From Ruminococcus sp. (GTDB lineage: Bacteria; Bacillota; Clostridia; Oscillospirales; Ruminococcaceae): a stretch of DNA of 64,000 bases. The DNA is taken from contig JAFWSI010000029.1 in assembly GCA_017519415.1 (NCBI GenBank), positions 376 through 64,375 of the forward strand, in the 5' to 3' direction. Below the pieces are notes generated by a model. That model did not search any database, was not told the DNA's origin, and was given only the letters and a program-made list of their open reading frames with translations. Of this stretch, positions 10,875 through 21,104 are shown one piece after another. Made by a program: the position numbers and the translations under genes. Each line of letters opens with the position of its first letter. Positions within the stretch are counted from its first letter, which is position 1.

Positions 10875-11603
10875 ATGCTTGAACTGAAAAACATATCATT
10901 CAGTGCCGAGAGCGACGGGGATACAAAGGGTATCATCCGCGGTATAAGCCTGAATATCCCGGAGAATAAATTCATCGTCATCACCGGTCCCAACGGCGGC
11001 GGAAAGTCCACCCTCGCAAAGCTCATTGCGGGTATAGAGAAATGCTCCGCGGGAAGTATCATCTTCAACGGCACCGATATAACAGATATGTCCATAACCG
11101 ACCGCGCCCGACTGGGTATCGGCTTCGCATTCCAGCAGCCTGTACGCTTCAAGGGCATGACAGTGCTGGATATACTCAGGATAGCGGCAGGAAAGGCTCT
11201 CTCCGTTTCCGAGGCCTGCGACTATCTCTCGGAGGTGGGGCTCTGCGCCAAGGAATACATCAACCGCGAGATAAACGCCTCTCTCTCGGGCGGCGAGGTC
11301 AAGCGCATAGAGATAGCTACAGTGCTGGCAAGAGACGTGAAGCTTGCCATTTTCGACGAGCCCGAGGCCGGTATAGACATCTGGAGCTTCAATAATCTTA
11401 TCCGTATATTCGAGAAGATGCGCAGCTCCGGAAAGGAACGCTCCATAATCGTTATATCTCATCAGGAGCGCATACTCAATATCGCCGATGAGATAATCGT
11501 CATCGCAGACGGAAGGATCGTAAAGCAGGGCGCAAGGGAAGCTGTGCTCCCCGAGATCACAGGTACCGAGAGCGCCGTGGACGTCTGCGGCAGGATAAAG
11601 TAA
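10875..11603 (+). CDS. sufC: SufC-like ABC ATPase
   Basis: GPNGGGKST, LSGGE, DEPEAGID; next to a SufB/D-like gene. Confidence 0.8.
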   Translation: MLELKNISFSAESDGDTKGIIRGISLNIPENKFIVITGPNGGGKSTLAKLIAGIEKCSAGSIIFNGTDITDMSITDRARLGIGFAFQQPVRFKGMTVLDILRIAAGKALSVSEACDYLSEVGLCAKEYINREINASLSGGEVKRIEIATVLARDVKLAIFDEPEAGIDIWSFNNLIRIFEKMRSSGKERSIIVISHQERILNIADEIIVIADGRIVKQGAREAVLPEITGTESAVDVCGRIK

Positions 11604-11615
11604 GGAGGCAGCCGT

Positions 11616-12542
11616 ATGGACAAGATCGACGCAGTTCAGCAGAGGCTTTTCAAAGAGGTAGCCGATCTTCACGGTATACCCGAGGGAGCCTATAACCTCC
11701 GCGCCAACGGAGAAGCCATAGGCAGGAATACTACCGCCAATATCGACATACAGTCCAAAACTGATGTGAGCGGCATAGATATACGCATAAAATCAGGCAC
11801 AAAAAACGAGAGCGTTCATATCCCTGTTGTTCTCAGTCAGAGCGGTCTTAAAGAGAGCGTTTACAACGATTTCTTTGTGGGCGAAGACTGCGACGTACTC
11901 ATCGTTGCAGGCTGCGGTATCGACAACTGCGGCTCTCAGGACTCGGAGCACGACGGCATACACCGTTTCTATATCGGAAAGAATTCCCGTGTGAAGTACG
12001 TTGAAAAGCATTACGGCTCGGGAGACGGCTCGGGGAAACGCATACTCAATCCCGTTACCGAGGTGTATATGGATGAGGGCAGCACCATGGAAATGGAAAT
12101 GGTGCAGATAAAGGGCGTTGACTCCACGGAGAGGAGTACTATTGCCGAACTCAAAGGTGACGCAAAGCTCATCGTCCGTGAAAGACTTATGACTCACGGA
12201 AAGCAGCAGGCGGGAAGTATCTACAAGGTGAGCCTGCTGGGGGACGGCTCCAGCGCAGACGTGGTATCGCGTTCAGTGGCAAGGGATGACTCCTATCAGA
12301 AGCTCGACCTCTGTATCATCGGCGACGCGGCTTGCAGCGGTCATACCGAGTGCGATTCCATTATCATGGACAACGGACGTATCCTTGCTGTCCCCTCTCT
12401 TGAAGCAAACAATATCGACGCAGCTCTTGTTCACGAGGCTGCTATCGGTAAAATCGCAGGGGAGCAGCTCATAAAGCTCATGACTTTAGGTCTTACCGAA
12501 GCTGAGGCTGAGGAACAGATAATCAACGGCTTCCTCAAATGA
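11616..12542 (+). CDS. SufB/SufD family Fe-S assembly protein
   Basis: GHTECDSI, HEAAIGKI and GLTEAEAEEQIINGFL motifs. Confidence 0.88.
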   Translation: MDKIDAVQQRLFKEVADLHGIPEGAYNLRANGEAIGRNTTANIDIQSKTDVSGIDIRIKSGTKNESVHIPVVLSQSGLKESVYNDFFVGEDCDVLIVAGCGIDNCGSQDSEHDGIHRFYIGKNSRVKYVEKHYGSGDGSGKRILNPVTEVYMDEGSTMEMEMVQIKGVDSTERSTIAELKGDAKLIVRERLMTHGKQQAGSIYKVSLLGDGSSADVVSRSVARDDSYQKLDLCIIGDAACSGHTECDSIIMDNGRILAVPSLEANNIDAALVHEAAIGKIAGEQLIKLMTLGLTEAEAEEQIINGFLK

Positions 12543-12552
12543 GCCCTTAGCC

Positions 12553-12614
12553 TGTAGGGGCGGCGTTCCGCCACCCGAGTGATTGTAGTAATTAGTGATT
12601 AGTGTTTAGTGATT
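12553..12614. repeat. REP-like TGTAGGGGC element plus TTAGTGA-type heptamer run (copy 1)
   Basis: Similar to 56211-56284. Confidence 0.5.
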
Positions 12615-12698
12615 AAAAAGCAGAAAAAGCCGTAAAAAAGGCGAACCTTAATCGTTATCCCGTTAGCGGAAAAACCACAAACCAAACCGAATAACAAA

Positions 12699-12731
12699 TA
12701 AAGCCGATACACAATGTATCGGCTTTTATTA
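12699..12731. terminator. Intrinsic terminator
   Basis: AAAAGCCGATACA-CAA-TGTATCGGCTTTT hairpin. Confidence 0.8.
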
Positions 12732-12791
12732 TAGTCAAAGAATTACGTATATGCAGTACCAAGAACAAATGTATACTTAATCCACATTTAA

Positions 12792-13244
12792 TCAATCATT
12801 TTTTAAATAATCTTTCAAATAGACGCTTGCCTCTTTATCATTTTCATTTATTTCTTTTAAATATTTATATATATCAGAGTTATCTTCATTATAACTTTGT
12901 AAAGAAATATAGGTATCATATTTTTTTACTTTACAGAATTTAAAGTTACTCAATGAGTATATAGTAACATTTTCTGTATCACATAAAAGTAATATATTAT
13001 CATCAGGCTTATAATATTGTATTCTACATGAAAAATTGCTTTTTTCGTTCCTCAACCTAGTTTTTCTATGTAAATCATCATTTGTAGTGATGATGAATTC
13101 ATCACCCAACTCAGTTGTAATAAAGCGTGTGTTTTCTTCTTTTGTTTTTTTTCGTTGATAATTAATCAAGTATCCACTTCCCAAAAGTATTACTATTACT
13201 AAAAGAAATATTGCTTTACCTTTCATCCTCTTTTTCCTTTCCAT
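12792..13244 (-). CDS. AT-rich hypothetical protein with N-terminal membrane anchor
   Basis: 150-aa ORF with a hydrophobic segment at residues ~12-28; very AT-rich. Confidence 0.6.
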   Translation of the reverse strand: MERKKRMKGKAIFLLVIVILLGSGYLINYQRKKTKEENTRFITTELGDEFIITTNDDLHRKTRLRNEKSNFSCRIQYYKPDDNILLLCDTENVTIYSLSNFKFCKVKKYDTYISLQSYNEDNSDIYKYLKEINENDKEASVYLKDYLKND

Positions 13245-13461
13245 TTTGAATATATGTTACAAAAGCATAAACCAAAGCATCACTTTCCTCTTTAGTTACT
13301 ATATTCGGTATTTCAAGAGTATAATGTACGCCATTTTCATCAATATAATAATTGCTTAAAAAAATATCAGTTAAATTTTTTCCATTGATAGTTTCATTGG
13401 CAGCTTCATCTGCGAAGCTTGTGAGTAATTGATGACTTGGATTTAATGATTGAGATGTCAT
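13216..13461 (-). CDS. AT-rich hypothetical protein or gene fragment
   Basis: 81-aa ORF overlapping the next gene start; weak RBS. Confidence 0.4.
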   Translation of the reverse strand: MTSQSLNPSHQLLTSFADEAANETINGKNLTDIFLSNYYIDENGVHYTLEIPNIVTKEESDALVYAFVTYIQNGKEKEDER

Positions 13462-13531
13462 GGTTCGCCTTTAATTATGCATTACGAATTACGCATTAAA
13501 AAGGACGCGCAGTGCGCGTCCATACAAGTCA

Positions 13532-14413
13532 TCAGTCTATCTTCAGGGGGCGTGCTGTAAGTCCCACGGCTACGCCCTGTGTGCCTGTGCCTACATGGCT
13601 GGCTATACTGCATGACAGCGGTCTGTAGGTCACCTTGTAACCCTTGAACTCGTTCTGAACTATGTCCACCCAGCGATTTATCTCCTCAGCAGTCTCCATG
13701 GTACCTGCCGCGCCTATGCTGAGGTGCTCCTTTGGTATGCCCGCGTACTTGCTCTCAAGGTCATTGTGTACTGCCTCAAGCATTTTCTCCTCGGCAGCCG
13801 CCATTCCTCTTGCCTTTGCATATGCGTCAAGCTTGCCGCCCTGTATCTTCAGTATGGGCTTGAGGTTCAGAACCGTTGCTATGGCAGCTCCAGCAGAAGT
13901 TATGCGCCCTGTCTTTGTTATACGCTTTAAGGTCTGGAGAGTGATGTATATATCATTATTGTAGGCGTTCTCTTCAAGATATGACCTTATCTCGCCGGCG
14001 CTGCTGCCGCTGTCCGCCATATACTTTGCGTCGTAGACCGAATCCAGCAGAGTTATGGAAATACGGTGGTTGTCTATGACCACTACCCTGCCGTCATAGT
14101 CCGCAGCCAGTGCCTTCGCTGTATTGCAGGAGCCGCTCAGTCCGCTGGACATGGGGATATATACCAGCTCGTCATAGCCGTCGGAGAATATCTTCTCCCA
14201 CATAGCTGTAAGATCTCCGGGAGAGGGCTGTGAGGACACTATCTCCCTGTCCTCGCCGAGAGCCCTGTACAGCTCCTCGCTGCCGAGAGTGAGCTCCTCC
14301 ATGAAGTCCTTTCCGTCTATCATAACAGGCATGGGCAATACATAAATGCCGTTACTGCTTCCCTCGGCCAGTGTTATCCCGCTGTTGGTATCGGTCATTA
14401 CCGCAGTTTTCAT
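13532..14413 (-). CDS. DegV family fatty-acid-binding protein
   Basis: TDTNS, SSQPSPG, SSGLSGS, LNLKPIL and SHVGTG motifs. Confidence 0.93.
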   Translation of the reverse strand: MKTAVMTDTNSGITLAEGSSNGIYVLPMPVMIDGKDFMEELTLGSEELYRALGEDREIVSSQPSPGDLTAMWEKIFSDGYDELVYIPMSSGLSGSCNTAKALAADYDGRVVVIDNHRISITLLDSVYDAKYMADSGSSAGEIRSYLEENAYNNDIYITLQTLKRITKTGRITSAGAAIATVLNLKPILKIQGGKLDAYAKARGMAAAEEKMLEAVHNDLESKYAGIPKEHLSIGAAGTMETAEEINRWVDIVQNEFKGYKVTYRPLSCSIASHVGTGTQGVAVGLTARPLKID

Positions 14414-14603
14414 CAAAAAATTCCTCGTTTCAGATCATCTTTATCTTCATTTCCGCCTCTGCGGAGTTTTTTACACAGAAAATTATATCATTATACGGCT
14501 CCTTTGTCAATAGAAACAGTCCGCCGCAATATGAAAGGCTCCGAAACACAGCAGTTTCCGGAGCCTTTGTTGTATTCTTACATTTTTTTGCGGGGAATAT
14601 CCG

Positions 14604-15122
14604 TCAGAGCTTCATATCAGCGTCAAGCAGCTGTATGTACGAATATTCGCCCTCGCTGTAACAGTCGAATCTGCCCGATACGGTGATCTCCGTATCCTGC
14701 TCGGGATAATCCTCGGGATACTTGTAGTCGCCCTTCAGTACGAACTCTATGCCCTGCGCACAGCAGGCCGTTGCGTCCTGTATCAGCACCGCGAAATATT
14801 CCTTGCCCGTCGCATCGTCCTTGAAATAGGAGAATGTTCCCTTTGCCCTTACGGACTTGCCCTTGTAGCTGTCGGGATTTGTCATCATATCGCTTACCTG
14901 AGCGTATACCATTGTAGCGCTGAGGTCTGTAAGATCAACGTCGTACTCGCCGTTTCCCGCAAAGGCCTCCTCCTTTGGCGCGATACCGCCGAAGGGCGCC
15001 TCAGTTGCCGACTGCTGCTGTACAGTCTGACTGCCCGCAGAGCTGACGCCTGCACTGCTTCCGCATGAACAAAGACATATTGCTGCCGCCATAAGAGGCG
15101 CTGTTATTTTTAATGCTCTCAT
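14604..15122 (-). CDS. Conserved lipoprotein downstream of metal-binding protein
   Basis: Lipobox LCSC, DATACCAQGIEF motif. Confidence 0.75.
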   Translation of the reverse strand: MRALKITAPLMAAAICLCSCGSSAGVSSAGSQTVQQQSATEAPFGGIAPKEEAFAGNGEYDVDLTDLSATMVYAQVSDMMTNPDSYKGKSVRAKGTFSYFKDDATGKEYFAVLIQDATACCAQGIEFVLKGDYKYPEDYPEQDTEITVSGRFDCYSEGEYSYIQLLDADMKL

Positions 15123-15157
15123 AATTATTCCTCCGTATGTCATTTATATATTGTATC

Positions 15158-16204
15158 TCAGCTCAGATATTTTTCGAGCACGTCGTAATTCTGCTCCATG
15201 AGGGAAAGATATGTAACTCCGCTCTTAACATCGGCAGAAGCCACGGACTGTATGGAGTTGAGCTCCGCTGTCTCGCAGTCAGTCCTGCCCGAGTTCCTGA
15301 TTATCGCCTCTGCTATGGACTTGTCGGAATTCTCTATGGTGAATATGCAGGGACAGCCTGTCTCCTTCAGCTTGTCCGAAAGAAAGCTTATGGTCTTGAA
15401 GCTTGCCTCGCTCTCCGCAGAGCAGCCTACGAACGCTGCATAGTAATCAAGTCCGTAATCGTCGGTAAAATAGCGGAAGGGGAACCTGTCGCCGAATATC
15501 AGGGTCTTGTTTGAAGCCTTCGATGTGAGATCGGAGAATTTCCCGTCAAGCTCGTCAAGCTTCGCCGAATATGCGGCAAGATTTTCTTTGTAGTCCCCGG
15601 TATTCTTCGGGTCCTTCTCCGAAAGGGCGTCGGCTATGCCTGCGCATACAGCCTTGGCATTCCTGAGCGACAGCCATATATGCTCGTCGTACTCGGGACC
15701 CTCCTCTTCCTCATGATTGTGATCATCTTCATCGTGGTCATCTTCATCGTGGTCATGATCGTGCTCATCGCTCTCCATGCCCTCCTTGAGCTCCTCTTCC
15801 TTTACGGAATCGCCTATGAGCTCCATGAGATTCAGCACCTTCATATCCTTGTTCTCGGAATCGCTGAGGGCATCCTCTACCCATTTGTCGGACTCTCCGC
15901 CCACATGGATAAAGAGATCACAGGTGGCTATCTTAAGCATATCCGCTGCGGTTGGCTGGAAATTGTGCAGGTCAGTGCCGCTGTCAAGCAGATACGTTAT
16001 ATCGGCTTCCGCCGCATGGTCTCCCATTACCGATCTTACCCAGTCGTATTCGGGAAAAATGGTGCAGACTATGCTCAGCTTTCCGGAGCCGCTGCTTGCA
16101 GCATTTGCACCGTTGCCGCCCTGCTTTTCGGCTCCGCAACCCGTAAGCGGCATTGCTGCCGCAAGAGCAAGCGCCAGCAGCTTTGTACTTTTATTTATCA
16201 TCAT
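15158..16204 (-). CDS. Zn/Mn ABC transporter substrate-binding lipoprotein (ZnuA/AdcA family)
   Basis: Lipobox LTGC, DLHNFQPT, His/Asp-rich loop, DEHIWLS. Confidence 0.92.
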   Translation of the reverse strand: MMINKSTKLLALALAAAMPLTGCGAEKQGGNGANAASSGSGKLSIVCTIFPEYDWVRSVMGDHAAEADITYLLDSGTDLHNFQPTAADMLKIATCDLFIHVGGESDKWVEDALSDSENKDMKVLNLMELIGDSVKEEELKEGMESDEHDHDHDEDDHDEDDHNHEEEEGPEYDEHIWLSLRNAKAVCAGIADALSEKDPKNTGDYKENLAAYSAKLDELDGKFSDLTSKASNKTLIFGDRFPFRYFTDDYGLDYYAAFVGCSAESEASFKTISFLSDKLKETGCPCIFTIENSDKSIAEAIIRNSGRTDCETAELNSIQSVASADVKSGVTYLSLMEQNYDVLEKYLS

Positions 16205-16294
16205 TTTATTTTCCTCCGTAATGAATATCGCTTTTGCAGCAAGCGGAGCAGCTGCGCTCCCCTGCCGCACTGTATCCTTGTAAGTGAGCGGTAT

Positions 16295-16603
16295 TCAGTT
16301 GAGGAGCTCCACCTTTAGGGAGATAAGTGTTGCGCATCCCGCTGCCTCTCTTGTGCTGTTTACATATAATACCGTAACGGCCGTTATGGCGGCAGCTATT
16401 ATAATGTGAGGCAGAGAGGTCCCCGGTGTACGGATATTGTTCATGCACCGGGACAATTCCATACATACGGCACAGCCTTCGCCCGTACACTCATGCGCGG
16501 TATGCTCCGCAAGAAAAACAGACGAGCATATCAGCACGAGCATGAACATAAAAGCAGCGGCAGTCACAGCCGCTCTCGACCTTAAAGTCCTGATAACGCT
16601 CAC
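16295..16603 (-). CDS. Small membrane protein with HxCxxxxCxxC motif
   Basis: AAAGAGGTGAG RBS region, two hydrophobic segments, HECTGEGCAVC. Confidence 0.7.
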   Translation of the reverse strand: MSVIRTLRSRAAVTAAAFMFMLVLICSSVFLAEHTAHECTGEGCAVCMELSRCMNNIRTPGTSLPHIIIAAAITAVTVLYVNSTREAAGCATLISLKVELLN

Positions 16604-16859
16604 CTCTTTCGTGCAAATTTGAGAATGGCTTTCATATTAGTCTTTATTATTATATCACATCCGCCGTCAATGTCAAGTCCGTCCGCTCCCTTTTCACCGC
16701 CGCTCGTTCCCGCAGCAGCCGGTACTCCTCCGGAAGTGACCAAGCACCGCGGATTTGCCATATTTTTCCGTAAGTGATATAATTGGTGTGAGGTCTGAGC
16801 GCGTTTTTTCGTGTAATATGTGAAGGGCAATGAAATTTCCTTCGGAAAGGAGCAGTTCA

Positions 16860-17420
16860 ATGGACAACGGTGCAAGTAGCTACCGCCGTTTCCGCGATGA
16901 GGGCGATACGGACGGTCTCGCCGAGATCATCAGAGATTACAAGGACGGCCTTATATTCTATCTGTGCAGCATAGTCGGCAATATCCATACCGCCGAGGAT
17001 CTGGCAGAGGATACCTTTGTACTGCTCGGCACAAAAAAGCCAAGGGACAAGGGCAGCGGCAGGTTCCGCACATGGCTCTATACAATAGGAAGAAATCTCG
17101 CTATCGACTATCTCAGAAAAAGCAGAAGGACTGCGGAGGTGTCGGTGGAGGAGGCTCCCGAGCTTGTGAGCGATGAGGACAGCCTCGAGGAAGCTTATCT
17201 GCGGGAGGAACGGAAGATCGCCGTTCACCGCGGTATGCGCAGGCTAAGTCCCGAGTACAGACAGGTGCTGTGGCTGATATACTTCGAGGAGTTCAGCAAC
17301 AGGGAGGCTGCGGCAGTTATGAAGAAAAGTGTGCACGGCATAGAGACCCTTGTCAGCCGCGCACGTAAGGCACTTCGGAAACAGCTTGAAATGGAGGGCT
17401 TTGAATATGAAGACTTATGA
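16860..17420 (+). CDS. ECF RNA polymerase sigma factor
   Basis: AEDLAEDTF, FRTWLYTIGRN (region 2) and region 4 HTH. Confidence 0.92.
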   Translation: MDNGASSYRRFRDEGDTDGLAEIIRDYKDGLIFYLCSIVGNIHTAEDLAEDTFVLLGTKKPRDKGSGRFRTWLYTIGRNLAIDYLRKSRRTAEVSVEEAPELVSDEDSLEEAYLREERKIAVHRGMRRLSPEYRQVLWLIYFEEFSNREAAAVMKKSVHGIETLVSRARKALRKQLEMEGFEYEDL

Positions 17421-18276
17421 TGAAATGAAAAATAACGTTTTCCGCCGTATGGTCGAATACGAGACGGAGAAAAAGAACAGAAGAAAGCTATATAAAAGGG
17501 CGGCTTTAGCCCTGTGTCCGCTGTGCGCCGCAGGTGCGGCGGTGTTCGCCCTGTGGGGCGGCGGAGTTCTTGGGAAGAATCCCGAGACTCTGAAAAACAC
17601 ATCCACCAATGCTATCGCAGTTGGAGAAAAATATGCAGTTACCTACGGTGAGGACTCTCCGGAAAAGAAAATGACCATGGAGACTCACGTCGCCGTATCC
17701 AATGCTGACAGACCCGGAGATAAATCCTCCGAAGCGGCCGACGGGGTTTCCGACCCCGAGGTACAGCCCGGTACCGAAGAAAAAAAACAAAGCGGTGCAG
17801 ACGTTCCCGAGGAGAAAAACGGCGCAGAGGAAAAGACGACTGCGGCAAAGGTTACTACTGAGACAACGGCTTCAACAGCGAAAACAACTACGACAGCTGC
17901 GGAAACACCCACAGATCCCCATGCCAATCTCTGGTGTATCTTTGTAAGCAGCATTACCTATAACGGTGTCAGCTACCACGACAGCACCGTGAACATATCC
18001 TCCTTCACACAGGACAGATATATCGGCAGGGTAAGCGACTTCGCAGGGAATTATGGCAATACTGTAAACTACCGCATCAATCCCGATGACAGCGTCTACA
18101 CAGTAAAGGAAACTCCCGACCTGCTGCTGGTTGTAAAAGCAGACAGCAGCTCTGTCTACGGCAGTATCATTCCCATGTGCAGCAGCAGCTTCTCGGGTGA
18201 CAGCTACGGCTACGGCAGCCTTGTGCCAAATCTCACATTCCCCGACAGCGACGGTCAGCCTGCGGTCTTTAACTAA
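17407..18276 (+). CDS. Putative anti-sigma factor (TM helix, Thr-rich linker, extracellular domain)
   Basis: Overlaps the sigma stop; short cytoplasmic N-terminus followed by a TM helix. Confidence 0.7.
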   Translation: MKTYDEMKNNVFRRMVEYETEKKNRRKLYKRAALALCPLCAAGAAVFALWGGGVLGKNPETLKNTSTNAIAVGEKYAVTYGEDSPEKKMTMETHVAVSNADRPGDKSSEAADGVSDPEVQPGTEEKKQSGADVPEEKNGAEEKTTAAKVTTETTASTAKTTTTAAETPTDPHANLWCIFVSSITYNGVSYHDSTVNISSFTQDRYIGRVSDFAGNYGNTVNYRINPDDSVYTVKETPDLLLVVKADSSSVYGSIIPMCSSSFSGDSYGYGSLVPNLTFPDSDGQPAVFN

Positions 18277-18327
18277 AAGCAAAGAGCAGTCCAAGCGGGC
18301 TGCTCTTTCGTTATATTCGGTAATTAA

Positions 18328-18354
18328 TCACTTCACAGCCTCTTCAACAGCAAC
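18328..18354 (-). repeat. Duplicate of the last 27 bp of the GGGtGRT gene (att-like)
   Basis: tcacttcacagcctcttcaacagcaac vs ttacttcatagcctcttcaacagcaac at 19068-19094 (25/27 identical). Confidence 0.85.
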
Positions 18355-18513
18355 GGTTTCATCGACCATGAAGGTTGTATGCAATAGTTTTTTATCGGAT
18401 TTTTTTAAAAAAACTTGACATTTTTTACAAACGTGCTAAAATGATGTTTAGAGAGCTTTATTCTTTTCACCATGCAGTTTATAGTTTATTTTTACTCAGA
18501 AAGGACGATCATA

Positions 18514-18843
18514 ATGAAAACAAGAATCAAAAGAATCATCTGTACAGCAATCCTCGCCGCATCCTGTGCATCACTTTTTACAGGCTGTGACAAAACAGTC
18601 GGCGGCAATAAAGTCAGAGTAGGCACATTGACTCATCGTTTTGAAGTAATAAGCGGAGCAGGAAAAGGAAAAGCAGGTGTCTGGGAGTACAGTAAAACAG
18701 CAGACATGGATGGTGACGGAAAAAAAGAAAAAGTTTATATTGCAACAGTTACAAATAGCGGTGATCTGACTCTAAGCGAACAGTATTATGTTTTCGGCAG
18801 TTCTAAAAATAACGGTAAATGGAAGTATCAGCGTAAATATTGA
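18514..18843 (+). CDS. Small AT-rich lipoprotein
   Basis: AAAGGA RBS, lipobox FTGC, DMDGDG motif. Confidence 0.75.
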   Translation: MKTRIKRIICTAILAASCASLFTGCDKTVGGNKVRVGTLTHRFEVISGAGKGKAGVWEYSKTADMDGDGKKEKVYIATVTNSGDLTLSEQYYVFGSSKNNGKWKYQRKY

Positions 18844-19067
18844 TTAAATTGTCTATAAAGAATAAAGCTCTCCTGAACAGAGAGCTTTCATTATGTATAC
18901 ATCAGGTATCAGCGGCTCGTTCAGCCCTTTCTGATGAACCGGCATATATGTGTAGCCCATATAAGCCCATGGCGATAAAACACATTACCGTCTGAAAAAC
19001 AAAAAATCCTGACAAATCAAGAGACTTGTCAGGATTTCGTTTTTATCGTATTATAGCCAAAAAGCTA

Positions 19068-20066
19068 TTACTTCATAGCCTCTTCAACAGCAACTGCACA
19101 AGCAACTGTTGCACCAACCATCGGGTTGTTACCCATGCCGATGAGTCCCATCATCTCAACGTGAGCGGGAACTGAAGATGAACCTGCGAACTGTGCATCA
19201 GAGTGCATACGGCCGAGTGTATCAGTCATACCGTAGGAAGCAGGACCTGCTGCCATGTTGTCCGGGTGGAGCGTACGTCCTGTACCGCCGCCTGAAGCAA
19301 CTGAGAAGTACTTCTTGCCTGCGTCAACTCTCTCCTTCTTGTATGTACCTGCAACGGGGTGCTGGAAACGTGTGGGGTTAGTGGAGTTACCTGTGATGGA
19401 AACGTCTACGTTCTCCTTCCACATGATAGCAACGCCTTCTCTAACATCGTTAGCGCCGTAGCAGTTAACCTTTGCACGGAGACCGTCTGAGTAAGCCTTG
19501 CGGAATATTTCCTTTACCTCGCCTGTAGCGTAGTCCATTTCTGTCTCGATGTATGTGAAGCCGTTGATACGTGCGATGATCTGTGCGGCGTCCTTGCCGA
19601 GACCGTTGAGGATAACGCGGAGGGGCTTCTGACGAACCTTGTTTGCCTTCTCTGCGATACCGATAGCTCCCTCGGCAGCTGCGAAGGACTCGTGACCTGC
19701 CAGGAATGCGAAGCACTCTGTATCTTCCTCAAGAAGCATCTTGCCCAGGTTGCCGTGGCCGAGACCGACCTTACGCTGGTCTGCAACAGAACCGGGAATA
19801 CAGAAGGCCTGGAGACCCTCACCGATAGCTGCAGCAGCGTCGGCAGCTCTCTTGCAGCCCTTCTTTATAGCGATAGCGCAGCCTACTGTGTAAGCCCACT
19901 TTGCATTTTCAAAACAGATAGGCTGGATACCCTCTACGAGCTTGTAGATGTCGAGTCCCTTAGCCTTGCATACGTCGGCACACTCCTCGATAGAGCCGAT
20001 GCCGTATTCCTTAAGAACAGCGAGTATCTGCTTCTCGCGTCTCTCATATGATTCAAATAAAGCCAT
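19068..20066 (-). CDS. GGGtGRT protein
   Basis: Signature SGGGTGRTLHPDN. Confidence 0.93.
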   Translation of the reverse strand: MALFESYERREKQILAVLKEYGIGSIEECADVCKAKGLDIYKLVEGIQPICFENAKWAYTVGCAIAIKKGCKRAADAAAAIGEGLQAFCIPGSVADQRKVGLGHGNLGKMLLEEDTECFAFLAGHESFAAAEGAIGIAEKANKVRQKPLRVILNGLGKDAAQIIARINGFTYIETEMDYATGEVKEIFRKAYSDGLRAKVNCYGANDVREGVAIMWKENVDVSITGNSTNPTRFQHPVAGTYKKERVDAGKKYFSVASGGGTGRTLHPDNMAAGPASYGMTDTLGRMHSDAQFAGSSSVPAHVEMMGLIGMGNNPMVGATVACAVAVEEAMK

Positions 20067-20080
20067 TTTACAAGTCCTCC

Positions 20081-20773
20081 TTAGTCTTTTCTGGGGTCAA
20101 CGATCTTTACTGCGTCGGCAACTCTGCCGTACTGGCCCTGTGCCTTCTCGAATGCAGTGTTTGCGTCATCGCCTGCCTTGATGAAGTCCATCATCTTACC
20201 GAAATTGATGAACTTGTAGCCGATGATCTCGTCGTCCTCGTTAAGAGCGAGACCTGTGATATAGCCGTCTGTGAGTTCAAGGTAACGGGGACCCTTCTTG
20301 AGCGTACCGTATGTAGTACCGATCTGTGAACGGAGGCCCTTACCGAGGTCCTCAAGACCTGCGCCTATTACGAGACCGCCCTCGGAGAATGCAGACTGTG
20401 AACGTCCGTATACGATCTGGAGGAACAGCTCTCTCATAGCTGTATTTATAGCGTCACATACAAGGTCTGTATTAAGAGCTTCAAGGATAGTTCTGCCGGG
20501 AAGGATCTCAGCAGCCATAGCGGCAGAGTGAGTCATACCCGAGCATCCGATAGTCTCAACAAGAGCCTCCTGGATAACTCCTTCCTTAACGTTGAGTGTG
20601 AGCTTGCAGGTACCCTGCTGAGGTGCACACCAACCGATACCGTGTGTAAATCCGGAAATATCCTTTATCTCCTTAGCCTTTACCCACTTTGCTTCCTCGG
20701 GGATCGGAGCAGCGCCGTGAGCAACGCCCTGTGCGATGGGGCACATTGTTTCAACTTCGTGCGAATAAATCAT
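20081..20773 (-). CDS. NifU/IscU N-terminal-like Fe-S scaffold protein
   Basis: WCAPQQGTC, GCSGMTHS and LVCDAIN motifs; usual partner of GGGtGRT. Confidence 0.85.
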   Translation of the reverse strand: MIYSHEVETMCPIAQGVAHGAAPIPEEAKWVKAKEIKDISGFTHGIGWCAPQQGTCKLTLNVKEGVIQEALVETIGCSGMTHSAAMAAEILPGRTILEALNTDLVCDAINTAMRELFLQIVYGRSQSAFSEGGLVIGAGLEDLGKGLRSQIGTTYGTLKKGPRYLELTDGYITGLALNEDDEIIGYKFINFGKMMDFIKAGDDANTAFEKAQGQYGRVADAVKIVDPRKD

Positions 20774-21104
20774 TATAAATACTCCTTTCGGTTTTTAGGC
20801 AGCCGTATTCCGGCTTATGAGCTGATCTGTGCGGATACGGTGCGAACGCATCCCTTTTGCACAAAACATACCTACAATATATAATACGACTTTTTCGTCA
20901 CAAAATCAAGCCTTTTTTCAAAAAACTTTGTTCTTTGCGGCAGGTTTGTCCAATTTACCCGAAATGCTGCCTTCCTGAACGTTAAAAATATAACAGCCGC
21001 ATACATAATCCAAAAACTTTTCTCACCTTTTATTGCCGTTTCCGCAAGTTTATGGTATAATATGGGTATCACACTGCTATTACGAACGAAAAGGAGCTGA
21101 CGGC

